From assembly GCA_964106645.2 (NCBI GenBank), contig OZ067040.1: a DNA stretch of 64,000 bases. One strand, 5' to 3'. The translations under genes were made by a program, and so were the position numbers. Under the pieces are notes generated by a model, which saw only the letters and a program-made list of their open reading frames with translations, did no database searches and was not told the origin of the DNA. Position 1 is the first letter of the stretch; each line of letters opens with the position of its first letter. This document shows positions 1 through 11,383 of this stretch, one piece after another. Origin of the DNA: Podarcis pityusensis. Taxonomy: Eukaryota.

Positions 1-896
1 AGGGGACCCAATTGGCATGGGTTTTTGAGGGGTCCTATTTTCAAGTCCCCCTGGTGAAAGTAAAGGACCCTGGATGGTTAAGTCCAGTCAATTTTGACTT
101 TGTCCCCTGGTGGTGGCAAAGGGGGGGACCTTTGGTAAAGATTACTGAAATAGATCCTATGTTTCCTATCTAGCTTGGATCTATTACCAGATTTGCATGG
201 CACTGCCCCTTCCAGTCAGAGCACCTGTTTGTGAAACAAAATTCATATATGGGCTTGGAAAATAATAAATCTATGAATATGAACATTAATTTTGAATGAA
301 AATTACTTTTGTTCCACAAAAGATGTTCATCTGAAGGGTAAATGAGGTAAATCTGCAAAGGCAGCATAGCTGGAATCCACTGACTTTGCCATCCCATCTC
401 CTCATTTGCTCTGGTTTGGAGGAGAATAGGAATGTATAGCTCTTGATTTTACTGAATATGACTAGCTGGATTCTGCATCCACAGCTCCGCACATTACCCC
501 TCGGGTTAGCTTTTGATCCCCTTTCTCTGAAGCAGGCAGAGCTACTAATAGGTTAAAATGGTCTGGCTTACAGAGTTTTCATCAGATTTGTCAGCCTCCA
601 TTTGTATCTAGGGTAAAAACCTGAAGCAATTTTGAAGAGCTGAGATATTGAACTTTCAGAGCTGAGATTCATAGCTGATGTGTGCTGTACTATATAAGTA
701 ATAAAGGAATGCATAAACAGCCGGTAGTGCTCATGATTATGAAGTAGTTTTCAAATATTAAATATTACGGATTATTTTTTTTCTAAATAAAAATAGCAGG
801 CCATCACTTTGCATGCTTTAGAGAGATAATCATTTTTTAACATAACTCTACTCTTTCTCCGCACAGAGCATGCGGAACATCTTTTGTTTGGCCAAC

Positions 897-1262
897 TGTT
901 ATGTACTGAGTTGAATAGGATCCAAACTGCAGCAGTCTGATTGGTCCTAGAACAATAGGATCCAAATTGCAGCAGTCTGATTGGTCCTAGAACAATAGGA
1001 TTCAGAATGCAGCAGTCTGATTGGTCCTAGAACACTGCAGCAGTATGATTGGTTGGCAGGAACCACCCAATCATGCTCCAGATATAAGTGAATCCACAAC
1101 CCGATTGGCTTACAGTGGAATTCCAGAATTAGCCAATCATGTGCAGCCCATTGTGTAAATAATGTATATAAAGCACTTTGAGGGGACTTTCATTCATTCC
1201 TCCTCACCAATATGAGCTGAATAAAGAGCATGAAATCACTTTGCGACTCTGAGTATATTTCA
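897..1262 (+). mobile_element. Solo LTR (366 bp) with an internal 40-bp tandem repeat
   Basis: TG...CA ends; 5-bp TSD CCAAC (892-896) / CCGAC (1263-1267); several CCAAT/ATTGG boxes; TATA-like GTATATAAAG at ~1165; AATAAA at 1220-1225. Confidence 0.85.
914..1034 (+). repeat. Three 40-bp tandem units inside the LTR U3 region
   Basis: AATAGGATCCAAA(C/T)TGCAGCAGTCTGATTGGTCCTAGAAC-like unit starts at 914, 954 and 994, followed by a partial copy. Confidence 0.95.
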
Positions 1263-1964
1263 CCGACTAATCTTTATCTCTCCGCCCCAGAGGCCAACTT
1301 TGATAGTTTACAGAGTTGCCTGTGAAGAGGGATTGATTGTTACACCACCCTGGAAATTGCAGCTCTTAGAGGTGAATAGCCATCTCCTAACAACTCCCAG
1401 CATCCTACAGGTTCCAGAATACCTTGAGCGACTCCATGCCTGTTTAAAGTAGTAGTATGTTGCTTTAAATGTATGGTGTGAATGTGGAGCTAGTCTGTAT
1501 CTATACAGTGTTTGAATTGTTTTAAAGATTTTTTTAAAGGATGTTTTTATTGTTTGATCACTTGTTTGCTGCTCTGAGATCCTCTGGAAGGAAAGGTATG
1601 ATATAAATTTAATAAAGTAAACAAAGAAGGTAGACCTCAGAGAGGGAGATCTGATGCTTTCTTTGGACCTTGAGATGCTCTCCCTTGGGGCAATCGAACT
1701 GGAGCATCCATTTGCAATTCTATATGCAACTTTCCTGTAAAAAAGCCTTATTCACCAAAGTTGGACTTGCATGTAAGTAAACAAAGTTGATATTGACCTA
1801 CATGGGATATTATCACTGACAGTTGTCCAAAGCCAAACAATATGCTCATATTATTATTTATTAATATATGGATCACTTAATGCCAAATTAGGTTTCTAAG
1901 CCGTTTACAAAGTATAAAAAGGCTTTACAGAGGCAATAAAGTATAAACATCCATAATTTAAATA

Positions 1965-2214
1965 CACCCATATCTTGGTTTTTGAACAGCTTAATTCTCG
2001 AAAGTTTTGGCTCCCGAATGCCACAAACCCGGAAGTGATTGTTCCGATTTGCAATCTATTTTTGGAAGCCAAATGTCCGACGGGGCTTTCACGGCTTCTG
2101 ATTGGCTGGAGGAGCTTCCTGCATACAATCAGAAGCCATGCTTTGGTTCCCGAAGGTTTTGGAAGTCGAACGGACTTCCAGAATGGATTCCGTTCGACTT
2201 CCAAGGTACGACTG
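1965..2214. mobile_element. Tc1/mariner-type (Tigger-like) MITE, family A, copy 1
   Basis: TA flanks; right end CCAAGGTACGACTG and a degenerate left TIR; colinear with the copies at 10663 and 33053. Confidence 0.85.
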
Positions 2215-4591
2215 TACGCTATAAAAGAATTGCATTAAAGCATAAAATATAAAAAAAACAATGTTCTCCTGACAGAAGCCCAACTCTGATCTTTTCTCAG
2301 AGCAATTCCATTTTCCAGGTATTTTCACCCTACACTATTTTCTTCATTCTGAAACTATGAATGTGTTGTTTGTTTGCTTATTATTAAATCCATTTATTAG
2401 TCTCCTAATAAAAACATTTCTCTAGGCAACATAAAGCCACAAAATTAAAGCAATGATCTTACAGCTCAACAAAACCAAGAGAAGCCCACTCAACAGTAAT
2501 TCTCTAGTAAAATCAACAAAGCAAAGCAGCCAATCTACTAGCAGCAGAGCAATCTCCAACAGCTAAAACTGATCAACTAAAAACATATTTATTTATCTAA
2601 AGCCTTCAGGCTTTAGTTGGTGTTGGTTCTGGAGCAGATGATGTTGATTGTACATTGCTGCAGATTTGTGATTTGATATTAGGCTGTTTTTATATACTCT
2701 ATTATTTATGGTATATTGTACAAGCTGTGTTGTCAGCCAGTCTGTGCGCCTATTGAGGATGAAAGATGTAAAAAAGGATGTAATAAGTAGCTGCCCATCT
2801 AAGGCTGGAATTGCCAATATGAGTACCAGTGTGCCCACTATTACGTCCTACAGTGCCCACAAGGTATCCCCTCAAAAATCCACAATACATTAGAGCTCAT
2901 TTGATTTTCCTTCTCAGATCCTGTTTGTATTGGCTCAATCTCTCCAAATTGAACACCGCCCCCCCTTAAACACAGCCATATTTTTTGGGTGCCAGGACGG
3001 GACGACTATCTTTTTTCTGTTCTGAATAAAAGAGAGATGCAAAGAGTTTCTGCCTCTGAGTGAGGATGGTGGTGGTTAATGTGCTTTCTCCCCTATTGTT
3101 AGGGTGGGGATGGGATTATGCCTGCATCATTTTGAAGACCTGCATGTCCTTTCTGCTTTTGTAGTTGTGGCAGCCATTTTATGTTATCCATGGTCCCACA
3201 GAAGACTGACAATCGCAGCAGTCTCTCAAAATTCCAAATATGCCTATTGGCACAAGAAGGTTGACGACTCCTGACATAAGGGAATAAAATGATAATTAAG
3301 AAATACAGACAGGATATTAAATTATGTTAAAATGTTAGGCCTGAGAAAACTTTTAAAAGTCTCCAGTGACATTTTTTTTTTTTTTTTTTTGCTTTTAACC
3401 TTCAACATGTCTGGTTCCTTAATTATGGGGTGTTGGTTGCACTCTACAAGTTGATACATACCTGCAAAAAGGAAGAACCATTTGTGTAAAAACTTGCTTC
3501 CATGGGTCAATCTGAGTCCTATGTTCACTTCTTCAGCATTACTTTGAGACAGGGCATGCCCCCTCATTTACAATTTATTCTGTATAGCATGTGAAAATCA
3601 TGTTTTGTTTTCCAGTCTTTTTGTGACATGATAATAGTATGTGGTCTGTCAGAATAACATGAGAGGGCACACGAATGTCTGTGTATACTTGTGTGCTCAG
3701 CTATTTGGCTGACTATGCCTTTGGTATGAAGACAGCTTTGTTTAACTTCAGTTATTAGGGATGGGGGGGAAACTGTCAATTTCAATATTTCTTGGTTCCT
3801 CATTTCCTCATCAGGTTGCACTTAAAGAAAAGGCCATCATGAAAATCCATCCACATTTTAGTGCAAATTTCTCCTAAGGCAAAATTGCATACAACTTTTT
3901 TTTTTAACATACACATTTTTTATTTTATTTTTGCAAACTGAATTGACTTTCTCCCCCTCCTTGTTTGTAAGATAAGTGAACATACTTGTCTCTGCATGAC
4001 AATGGTCAGCAACTAAAGTCCTAGTCTACACATGCAGCGGAGGTGGGGGTGGGTGGGATTCTAAGAGGCCTAAAATGGTGGAATGGACTGTACCACTTTA
4101 TGCTGCAGATGAAAAATTATATTTTGGAATGTTTCACTATGTGGGAAAGAATTTTTTTAAATACCCCAGAGAGAATGATTGTAGATCAGTCTCTCCCCAA
4201 TCATGTTCGTTTCCCAGAAAGTTTTCCCACACAGATGAGTCTTCAACAATGTGACCGACTTTTTTCAGTCTAAAGTGATATGATCTAATAGTCTATTCTC
4301 CCACTTTAGTCACGTTCTGCTGAGTGTGAGGCCGGTCTTAAGTTGGCCCACAAACAAAAACAGAGCTTACAAAAGCTGGTTTGCCATAAACATAATGTAC
4401 AAAAAACATATTTCCCTAGAAAAGTGCCTTTCCCCGTCATCCCATTGATGCCTTTTATTTTCAGCAACCTCCCAGGCTGCTTGCTGCCACCACTGCCTTA
4501 CAGTCAGCTCAACAGTAGCATGAAGGAAATCTGACACATGCCTTTTGTACTGAAGCCTCTGCTATAACAAGGTGAGCTAACCTATTCATAC

Positions 4592-5386
4592 CACCGTTAT
4601 TCCCAAATGTAACTTCACTAGTAATAGATAGTAATCACGGTCCCCTCCCCTGGGACCAGAAAAGCTGAAGCAATAAATGTGTCTCTGAGATAATGTAGCC
4701 ATATTTTCTAATCATATTTCTAATTTCACTACCTTGTTATATAAAACTTGCTCAGATTGGGGAGCAAGAGCAGACAGCCTATGGGATAATAACAAGTCAC
4801 TCAGCTGCTGTGGTTCGAAAATTGCAAAGCAGTATGAAAAAGTTACATAAAACCCCAAGGTTGCACCGCCTGGGTACTTCCTGAGAGGTACAAATGCATT
4901 AGGGAGGAAACAGGCACAGAGAACCATCTATTTTCATAGACCTGTCAGCATTTTAACCGGAATGTTGTACACATACTTCTGCTGGAAAAGGTAAAGTGTT
5001 TGTTAAGGCACTTTCCAAATATAATACACGCTGAGCACAGTGACAAGGTCTGTAGTCACTTTGTTCAAATTGACATTCCAACCTTGTATCTGCCCACTCA
5101 GTCTTGATCATGGAAGACTTGAACAATAGTGCATTTAAATAAGAAAAAAAACAGAAACCAAACCACAGCATCGTATGAATACCACAGACACAATAAGGGT
5201 CCTGAGATGATCTCACAGGTCTCATGTCTAACTGAGTGGAAGCATTATTGTTACCTCTCGTTGCCAACTGTTACCTAGAAACTGTTTTTCGTCATTTCTC
5301 CTTGCTCTTTGGCACCATTTATCTTCTGTACCGACTACATTTCCTGTCTTCTGTGTGGTGCACGAAGACACCTCATGGGCATTTGC
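4592..5386 (-). other. Weak candidate exon cluster (5255-5386, 4977-5117, 4847-4880, 4733-4778, 4592-4664)
   Basis: GT-AG bounded segments that join in one open frame, but two introns are only 68 nt and several splice sites are weak. Confidence 0.2.
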
Positions 5387-5422
5387 CTGTTCACAGGATG
5401 GTGTTTAATTTATAGTGCATTG

Positions 5423-6092
5423 CATACCCTCCAACATTTCTCCAATGAAAGTAGGGAAGCCCCGTTCCAGTTCCCTTCCCCTTGAAAGTTAATGACAGGA
5501 TCCAAAGCTTCATTTAAGAATGTTCCTAATAGAAGTTGAGTAATGTTTGAAGAATTGTGTTTTTATTTGTTAGTTATTAGTACCCTAGTCAACAAAAATA
5601 GATTACTGTAATTTCAGTACTGTATTTCAAACAACAACAGAAATAGAGGTCTTGGCATAATAAACAGGGGAATAAACTTTGTTTGTATGTATCATTCAGC
5701 AAAGTACACACAATAACTAATGAGGCCCAGAAGCTGCTGCAATACTGCCAGGATGCTGCCTACCCTCCAACATTTCTCCGATGAAAAGAGGGACGTCCCA
5801 TTTCATAATGATAATTTTACTATTTATACCCCACACATCTTACTGGGTTGCCCCAGCCTCTCTGGGCAGCTTCCAACATATATAAAAACATAATAAAACA
5901 TTAAAAAAAACTTCCCTATACAGGATTGCCTTTAGATGGCTCAGGGGTCGGATAACTCCACACCCTCCAACATTTCTCCAAGAAAATAGGGACATCTTAA
6001 GGAAAAGTGGGACATTCCAGGATCAAATCAGAAACCAGGATGGCTTCTAAATCAGGGACGTCCCTGGAAAATAGGGATACCTGGAGCGTCTG
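5423..6092. mobile_element. Composite hAT-like non-autonomous element
   Basis: Left end CATACCCTCCAA, right end CTGGAGCGTCTG (imperfect TIR); the terminal motif CCCTCCAACATTTCTCC recurs at ~5427, ~5763 and ~5963; GGGAC subterminal motifs; no clean TSD. Confidence 0.6.
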
Positions 6093-6715
6093 GTATTGTG
6101 CAAATATACAAGTGGTGCCTGTCATCGAATGCTGTGGTGTGGAGTGTGGATCCAGGCAGCCATGTCATCAGTCATCTTTTCCCCTCGGTTTTCCAATTTT
6201 CCATACCCAGTGAGCATACCCATCCTTAACTGGGGCTACTTGAGGACTTATCCCTTTAGTATTTTCCCCTAAATAGTTTTTGATAATTTTTCAAACTTGG
6301 GGTTCTCTGCCTATGCCCCCACTTCCTGTGCACAGAAAGTGCTATTTTAGCTACATAAGGACCAGCACTTGAATAGTACATTTTCCAGTAATATAGTGTA
6401 TGCTATTAGTGTGTAGAAATGATGCTATAAAAAGTTTAAGGAGAGAAACATCGCACACAAAGTGAAGGCTGGAAGAGAAGGAACAAGAAGCTGCAGGTTC
6501 AGCTGTAACAGAAAAGCAGGAGCAGTGGTCTAAAGGCAGTCAAGACTGACCTGGCCATGCGGTTGGGAAAAGTAAGTAAGCAACCTGCTTAAGGGAGAAC
6601 CAGGAAAAAGTCTGCTCCCACCATCCACACAATGCTGTGCCTTTCAGCATTGTTGCATCTGGCCTGGGGCAGGGGCGGGAGAGAGATGCTAGATTCCTGC
6701 TCATGCACATGAAGG

Positions 6716-7208
6716 CAGAACTTCATTTTAGCCAGAACTCACTGGAACTCAATTCCAGCACCTCTCAGGTGGGTGCCATTGCCATTATAAGAGAACAAGG
6801 AAGGAGTTCATGCTGAGTTCCGGCACTTCTTTTTCTGTGATGGGCTGAACATTGATTCTTGGTATAACAGAGTATGGTCAATAGCGTTGGCTGAGAAACT
6901 AACATGACAGGTGAGAGCAGCAAAGGGCAAACACAATCCATATTCCTTTTATAACATGTGGCAAATGTTTATTGAATACATAAATTGCTCAGACTGTGGC
7001 AGGAATCCACCTAGCACTCACGGGAAAATGTGGTGTGATCTCTTGGAGTAATCAAATGAAACTTCAGCACATGGCATGATAAAAGTCTGTAATTTTAATA
7101 GGACAAGTTACTTGTTGTTTACTGTTGTAACAATTGTTTTCTCAAAATTTATCTTCTGTACCATGAAAATAAATAAAAACAGTATTTAGAAAAAGAAAAG
7201 AAGCACTG
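6716..7208. mobile_element. hAT-type MITE split by an L1 insertion
   Basis: CAG...CTG ends, repeated (C/T)GGAACTC/GAGTTCCGG motifs, 8-bp TSD CATGAAGG/GCTGAAGG (6/8). Confidence 0.65.
6837..7200 (+). mobile_element. 5'-truncated L1-clade LINE (ORF2 C-terminus and 3' UTR)
   Basis: Translates WYNRVWSIALAEKLT*QVRAAKGKHNPYSFYNMWQMFIEYI, resembling the L1 ORF2 extreme C-terminus; AATAAA and an A-rich tail at ~7168-7200. Confidence 0.75.
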
Positions 7209-7549
7209 GCTGAAGGCTTTATATGCATTGGTCACCCCCCTAAGGGCCTCTTTGGCCATTTTCTCACAGCTTCCCAGCTTGGTGTCTGTTCTAGAACACT
7301 ATTGTCAGATGCTTTGGGGCTGAGTAAGATTTGTTTTGCCTGCCTGCACCTTGCTCAAGCAGGTTTTTTCACCTACTCTGTAGGGGGTGTTAGTTTTGGG
7401 TGGTCATTGTTGCTAAATAGGTTAATTTGTTTGCGTGTCTGTGTTGGTCACACTGTTGGCAGGGAGGTCCAGGAAAGGTTAAGGTTAGATGAGGTAACAA
7501 GGTGACACCTATGAAGGTGAAGGCCATTTCTGGAGCCTAACTTCTGGAA

Positions 7550-7964
7550 ATGGAAGTGAGAGCTGGACCATAAAGGGGGCTGATCGCCGAAGAATTGATG
7601 CTTTTGAATTATGGTGCTGGAGGAGACTCTTGAGGGTTCCATGGACTGCAAGAAGATCAAACCTATCCATTCTGAAGGAAATCAGCCCTGAGTGCTCACT
7701 GGAAGGATAGATCCTGAAGCTGAGGCTCCAATACTTTGGCCACCTCATGAGAAGAGAAGACTCCCTGGAAAAGACCCTGATGTTGGGAAAGATTGAGGGC
7801 ACAAGGAGAAGGGGACAACAGAAGACGAGATGGTTGGACAGTGTTCTCGAAGCTACCAGCATGAATTTGACGAAACTGCGGGAGGCAGTGGAAGACAGGA
7901 GTGCCTGGCGTGCTCTGGTCCATGGGGTCACAAAGAGTCGGACACGACTAAAGGACTAAACAAC
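7550..7964 (+). mobile_element. Bov-B (RTE clade) LINE, 5'-truncated 3' end
   Basis: Encodes DAFELWCWRRLLRVPWTARRSN and MRREDSLEKTLMLGKIEGTRRRGQQKTRWLD; (CAA)n tail; 9-bp TSD AACTTCTGG (7539-7547 / 7965-7973). Confidence 0.95.
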
Positions 7965-10109
7965 AACTTCTGGGTTTGGGGCTTTTACCCTGACTTGGGT
8001 ATTCTGAAGGCTCACCTGCCACACTTGTTTGGCACAAAGGCCTCCCTTCTCATCATAATGTGGGTCCCCAGCCTTGGAGCCATGCCTTGCCAGGCAGCTT
8101 GGTATGGGCAGGGTTTGATTCAACCAAGGCTGAAGTTAAGTTAGCTTCCTGCTCTTCTCATTTCCCCTGGAGATATTGTAAATAAAATGTACCCCTAGTT
8201 CACCTCAGGAATCGAATGGGTTGAAAGACTAGAAATGGTGTCTGAATGGGCATAACAAGACTTTTTAAAGCATTGGCCTTAGCAGGCAGAGCGGCACCAT
8301 TCGAACTTGCTTTAGTCACCGACATGTCTTGGGCAACTGGTTTCTCATTTTATACCGCTTTACAATTCTGCCCATGGTAACATCAATATGAGTTGTTCTA
8401 TCAATACTGAAGAAGAGGACTGGCCTTGAAAGATAAAGCTAGAGTTATTGTTAGAACTTCTTTCTGTGCTACCTTTTAGCCAAAAAGGCCCTCAAAGCAC
8501 ACTATCAAAGTCAAGTAAAAATGTAATTTACAACAATAAAAGTGTGAGGGCATGGAGGATAAGTTATAGGCAAGAAGAACATGTGAGGCTTTAGAAGTTG
8601 TTGACTGCTACGAACACTTTGAGATTAAGATAGGTGCCTTAATTGACAATTTTCCTGTTTTATATTAAATTAGTGGTTTCTTAAGGGCTGTGCTCAAAGG
8701 TGACCTTCAATATATTCTTTGGAATGAATGGCATTTTATCACTCTATTAATTATTTAATCTATCTTTTAATTAGTACTACGACATTTTCCTGCCGTAATT
8801 TTTAATAGTAAAATATTTGTGAAATATCACTTAAAGGAATGCTATAGCATCATTAGCACTATGATGCCTTTTTTTTTTTAACGGGGGGAAAAAACTTTCC
8901 TGTCACCACCAATTTAGCAAGGTGCTGGCAGTGACCAGAAAGTGTTTTTAATTATATGTTTATGCGTTTTTAAAAATAGCATTTTAACACTCTTTCATAT
9001 AAGTGGTATTTGGCTAATAGTTGGTTTTTAAAATATGTATATAAAGAAATGCTTTTTAGTCCCCTAATTACAGTTTTTTAAAAAATCAGTGATGATACAA
9101 AGGTGCATAAAAGTTTGCACTGACTGCCCATATACTTCAAGGTTCATTATTCTTATATAATTTACAAGGCCATTAACTTGAGTCAAGGATCCCTTAAGGG
9201 CCACTTGATTATTTATATCCCTGAGGTCTTCAGGGGAGCCATTGTTTGTGGCCCCCCTTGGCTTGGATGTTACCTCACATCCACCAGCAGCCATATTATG
9301 GCCCCGATCTTGTGGCACTCTATTCCATCTGAGATCAAACAGGCTTCCTCCTCTCTGTTGAACTCCAGAGCCTAATGCAGACTTTTTAAAAATCCAGTAG
9401 GTATTTTTTAAGCCATTTCTGAATTTATATTTAGTTTTCAACTTATTTCATCTCCCTTGCATTTTTGAGCTTGCTCTACACTGCTTACAATCACAATTAA
9501 ATTGTCAGAATAAAATAATAAATAATGTTCCAGAGTGCCTTGGAGAGGGGTGCTAACTCACTTCTTCAGAATAAGATTTCCTAAAGGATGGGGCTCCAAA
9601 GAAAAAGCAGACTTGGAACTTTGAGGGAGAATGTGCTGATTCCTTCAGTTACCAGACAGAGTATGAAAGTAACATTGGAAAGAGATGAGTGAATCAGTGG
9701 GTTAGGGCCAAGGAGAGAACTCAACAGTAGAGAGGACATTTGTGGGTCTCATCAGTTATAGTCTCAGTTCACTATATGTGGCCCTGTATTCATGCTGCAG
9801 ATTCTGGTATATGCACCTGTATCAGAGAAACTGCTGGACATGATCTGTCTGAAAGAGGAATATTCTCATAGAATGAAGTTATGGACATGGCTTGGGGAAA
9901 AGTCTTGTCACTTTATCCATGGGTAGCAGAGGCAGGAAGACTTTGTTTCTTGTTAATCATGTTCAGTGATTAATAATGAACTTCTGTATTAAGCTAGATT
10001 AAAAATGCATACAATGTGCTGTTGTGAAAAATTGTGTGGTGTTATGACATTCTCTTTTGGGACGTGCCTTTTTGAAGGCATCTTTTTGAGGAAACATATG
10101 GTGTTTTGC

Positions 10110-10510
10110 TGCATTTTTGACCCAAGAAGTTAAGAGCTGCTGGATTCCAATCCATAAAATGGCATTTAAACATTTGAAGGAATTACTGATAAAAACACCT
10201 GTGTCCAAGCATAACAATGTGGAAGGACCAATGACTGTACTACTAGATGCCAGTTCTCTGAAATTAAGTGCTGTATTATTGCAGAAAGCACACCTGTTGC
10301 ATATTCTTCCAAAACACTGGCAACTACCCAGCAAAATCATGCTTGAAGAGAAAAAGAAATGTTGGCAACAAGGTTTAAATATACAAAATCCCACCCGTAT
10401 ATATTTGAAATAAACAGTGACTGCAGAAATAAACCACAAACCACTGTGATTTTCAGAAAACCTTTGTATACACAATACACAAGAATCATGTATTGTCTGG
10501 TAATGCTAGA
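10110..10510 (+). mobile_element. Decayed Gypsy/Ty3 pol fragment (RT connection and RNase H)
   Basis: Frameshifted translation W..IHKMAFKHLKELLIKTPV...LLDASSLKLSAVLLQ / PVAYSSKTLATTQQNHA*REKEMLA / TVTAEINHKPL matches the DAS, EKE and (T/N)DHKPL RNase H motifs. Confidence 0.85.
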
Positions 10511-10662
10511 AGAATATCACCAAGAGTGATCAATCAAACAAAGAGGTAAGCATTACTGCTGCTCTTTGTAGGCTGTATAGGGGTTTGAAAAAGATGCACA
10601 TTCTTCCATCTCATTCATTCATTTTATGTGTATGTCGCTTACCCACAACAAAATCATGCTTA

Positions 10663-10911
10663 CAGCCGTACCTTGGTTGTCGAACGCCCTGGTACCTGTC
10701 CATTTTGGCTCCCAAACGTAGCAAACCCGGAAGGGAGTGTTCTGGTTTGTGAACGTTCTTTGGAAGCTGAACATCTGACGGGTCTTCCTCAGCTTCTAAT
10801 TGGCTGCAGGAGCTTCCTGCAGCCAATCGGAAGCCACACCTTGGTTTCTGAAAATTTGGAAGTCGAACGGACTTCCGGAACGGATTCTGTTCGACTTCCA
10901 AGATACCACTG
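10663..10911. mobile_element. Tc1/mariner-type MITE, family A, copy 2
   Basis: TA|CAGCCGTACCTTGG ... CCAAGATACCACTG|TA. Confidence 0.9.
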
Positions 10912-11383
10912 TACATGAATGAAAGCAGGAATACATTTCAAACAAACACTACAAAACCATCTTCACAATAATATAGCATAACAATAACATAACAATTTCA
11001 TAATAACATAGCAGAACAATAGCAAATATAGTAACAAACAAAAAACAACACAGTTTAATACTATAAATACAAAAGTACTTAAAAAAATGTGCATCATCCT
11101 ATAGCAGAAATAACAAAGGAGCTTTGCTGTTTCACCTTAGCTCTCCCCTGGTGTTGCTCACAGCCCCTCTTCCCCAGCAGCTTCTAGACACTAAAACTTA
11201 CCCACTATTTCTGCCAAAGTATTTGCTCCTCACAAGAAAAGCATTCTCTCCGCCCCTTACACAGGCAGCAGGGCAATCAGATGTACTGTGGTGGGAGTTG
11301 TGTTTGGTTTAATTAAGTGAAAAGTGGCGGCCAAGAGATCTTCTTTGCAGCCCAGTTGTATTTTCAAAGCTCAGAACATGCAC

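Noticed and set aside
1-170. Sauria SINE tail fragment at the window start
   Set aside because: Only ~35 bp (57-90) match and the context is scrambled or cut by the window edge.
914-1050. CRISPR-like regular repeats
   Set aside because: Head-to-tail units with no unique spacers, inside an LTR in eukaryotic DNA.
7509-7931. 140-aa minus-strand ORF
   Set aside because: Antisense frame of Bov-B.
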